In this document: one piece after another, positions 58,569 through 58,707 of the stretch | Layout of the letters: each line of letters opens with the position of its first letter | Position numbering within the stretch: position 1 is the stretch's first letter | Assembly (NCBI GenBank): GCA_035937715.1 | Contig: DASZHQ010000023.1 | Location: 1-58,707 of the forward strand | Direction: 5' to 3' | DNA: 58,707 nt | From: Steroidobacteraceae bacterium | GTDB lineage: Bacteria; Pseudomonadota; Gammaproteobacteria; Steroidobacterales; Steroidobacteraceae | The notes under the pieces: model-generated | Told to the model about the DNA's origin: nothing | Database searches by the model: none | What the model saw: the letters and a program-made list of their open reading frames with translations, nothing else | Translations under genes and position numbers: made by a program

Positions 58569-58616
58569 AAAGGGCGGCCCCGCCTCCCGTCCGCCCTGAC
58601 GCGAGGCCGGCCGCCC
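58566..58616 (-). terminator. Intrinsic terminator forming the expression platform of the glycine riboswitch
   Basis: On the minus strand, GGGCGGCC (58609..58616) pairs with GGCCGCCC (58572..58579), followed by TTTTTTA. Confidence 0.6.
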
Positions 58617-58707
58617 TTCTGTCCTGTGACCTGAGAGATCAGGCGCCGTTCAGCCGCCGCTCCCCTTCGGTGGGCGGATCCGCTCGCGCAATCCACCGCT
58701 CTCCAGA
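58617..58707 (-). ncRNA. Glycine riboswitch aptamer. At least one complete aptamer is present; any upstream tandem aptamer is cut by the window edge.
   Basis: The minus strand reads ..CUGGAGAG...CCACCGAAGGGGAGC...CUCUCAGG.CACAGGACAG, matching the conserved glycine-aptamer core as I recall it. It lies directly upstream of gcvT, the classical location. Confidence 0.8.

Noticed and set aside
58226-58696. A 156-aa ORF on the minus strand upstream of gcvT
   Set aside because: It overlaps the glycine riboswitch, the terminator and the gcvT 5' end, and its translation is low complexity.
1-58707. Mobile elements, CRISPR arrays, prophage or defence-system genes, rRNA/tRNA genes
   Set aside because: I recognised no transposase, integrase or recombinase-like translation, no spaced direct-repeat arrays, and no tRNA-like cloverleaf regions in the intergenic stretches I read. 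The only helicase is a housekeeping-type long Lhr.

Overview
GC-rich proteobacterial chromosomal window. I saw no transposase, integrase, CRISPR array, rRNA or tRNA. Many long antisense or overlapping ORFs in the track are GC artefacts. Starts below were refined by hand from signal peptides, RBS motifs and stop/start overlaps.

The left 34 kb is a one-carbon/PQQ island:
- A lanthanide-type (DYD motif) PQQ methanol dehydrogenase, xoxF, heads a long co-directional minus-strand gene string: xoxF, a XoxJ-like binding protein fused to periplasmic ankyrin repeats, a XoxG-like cytochrome c, a sigma54-type activator with a degenerate GAFTGA loop, gfa, adhC, a YVTN beta-propeller and a small YHS-like secreted protein.
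- This string is flanked by a second, larger YHS-like secreted protein and a TonB-dependent receptor.
- Next to it lies an fghA, RND adaptor, RND pump and porin string with no TolC-type gene.
- Further along are pqqABCDE, including a 24-codon pqqA absent from the ORF track, followed by a peptide deformylase and a DUF3224 gene. An ExaDE/PedS2R2-like two-component pair is divergent from pqqA.

The right half is mostly housekeeping or accessory:
- An Lhr helicase.
- An attEFGH-like ABC system with a secreted peroxiredoxin.
- fkpA.
- A tightly coupled tsaC, decarboxylase, HAD, micro-ORF and HIT string.
- A roughly 990-aa Nma111-like protease.
- dgkA.
- gcvT-H-PA-PB, preceded by a glycine riboswitch aptamer and terminator cut by the window edge.

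The best candidate for an undescribed system is the non-canonical accessory set around xoxF: the TonB receptor, two paralogous YHS-like proteins, the beta-propeller, the XoxJ-ankyrin fusion and possibly the RND/porin string. I propose it as a lanthanide or metal acquisition and handling module. That role is inference only.
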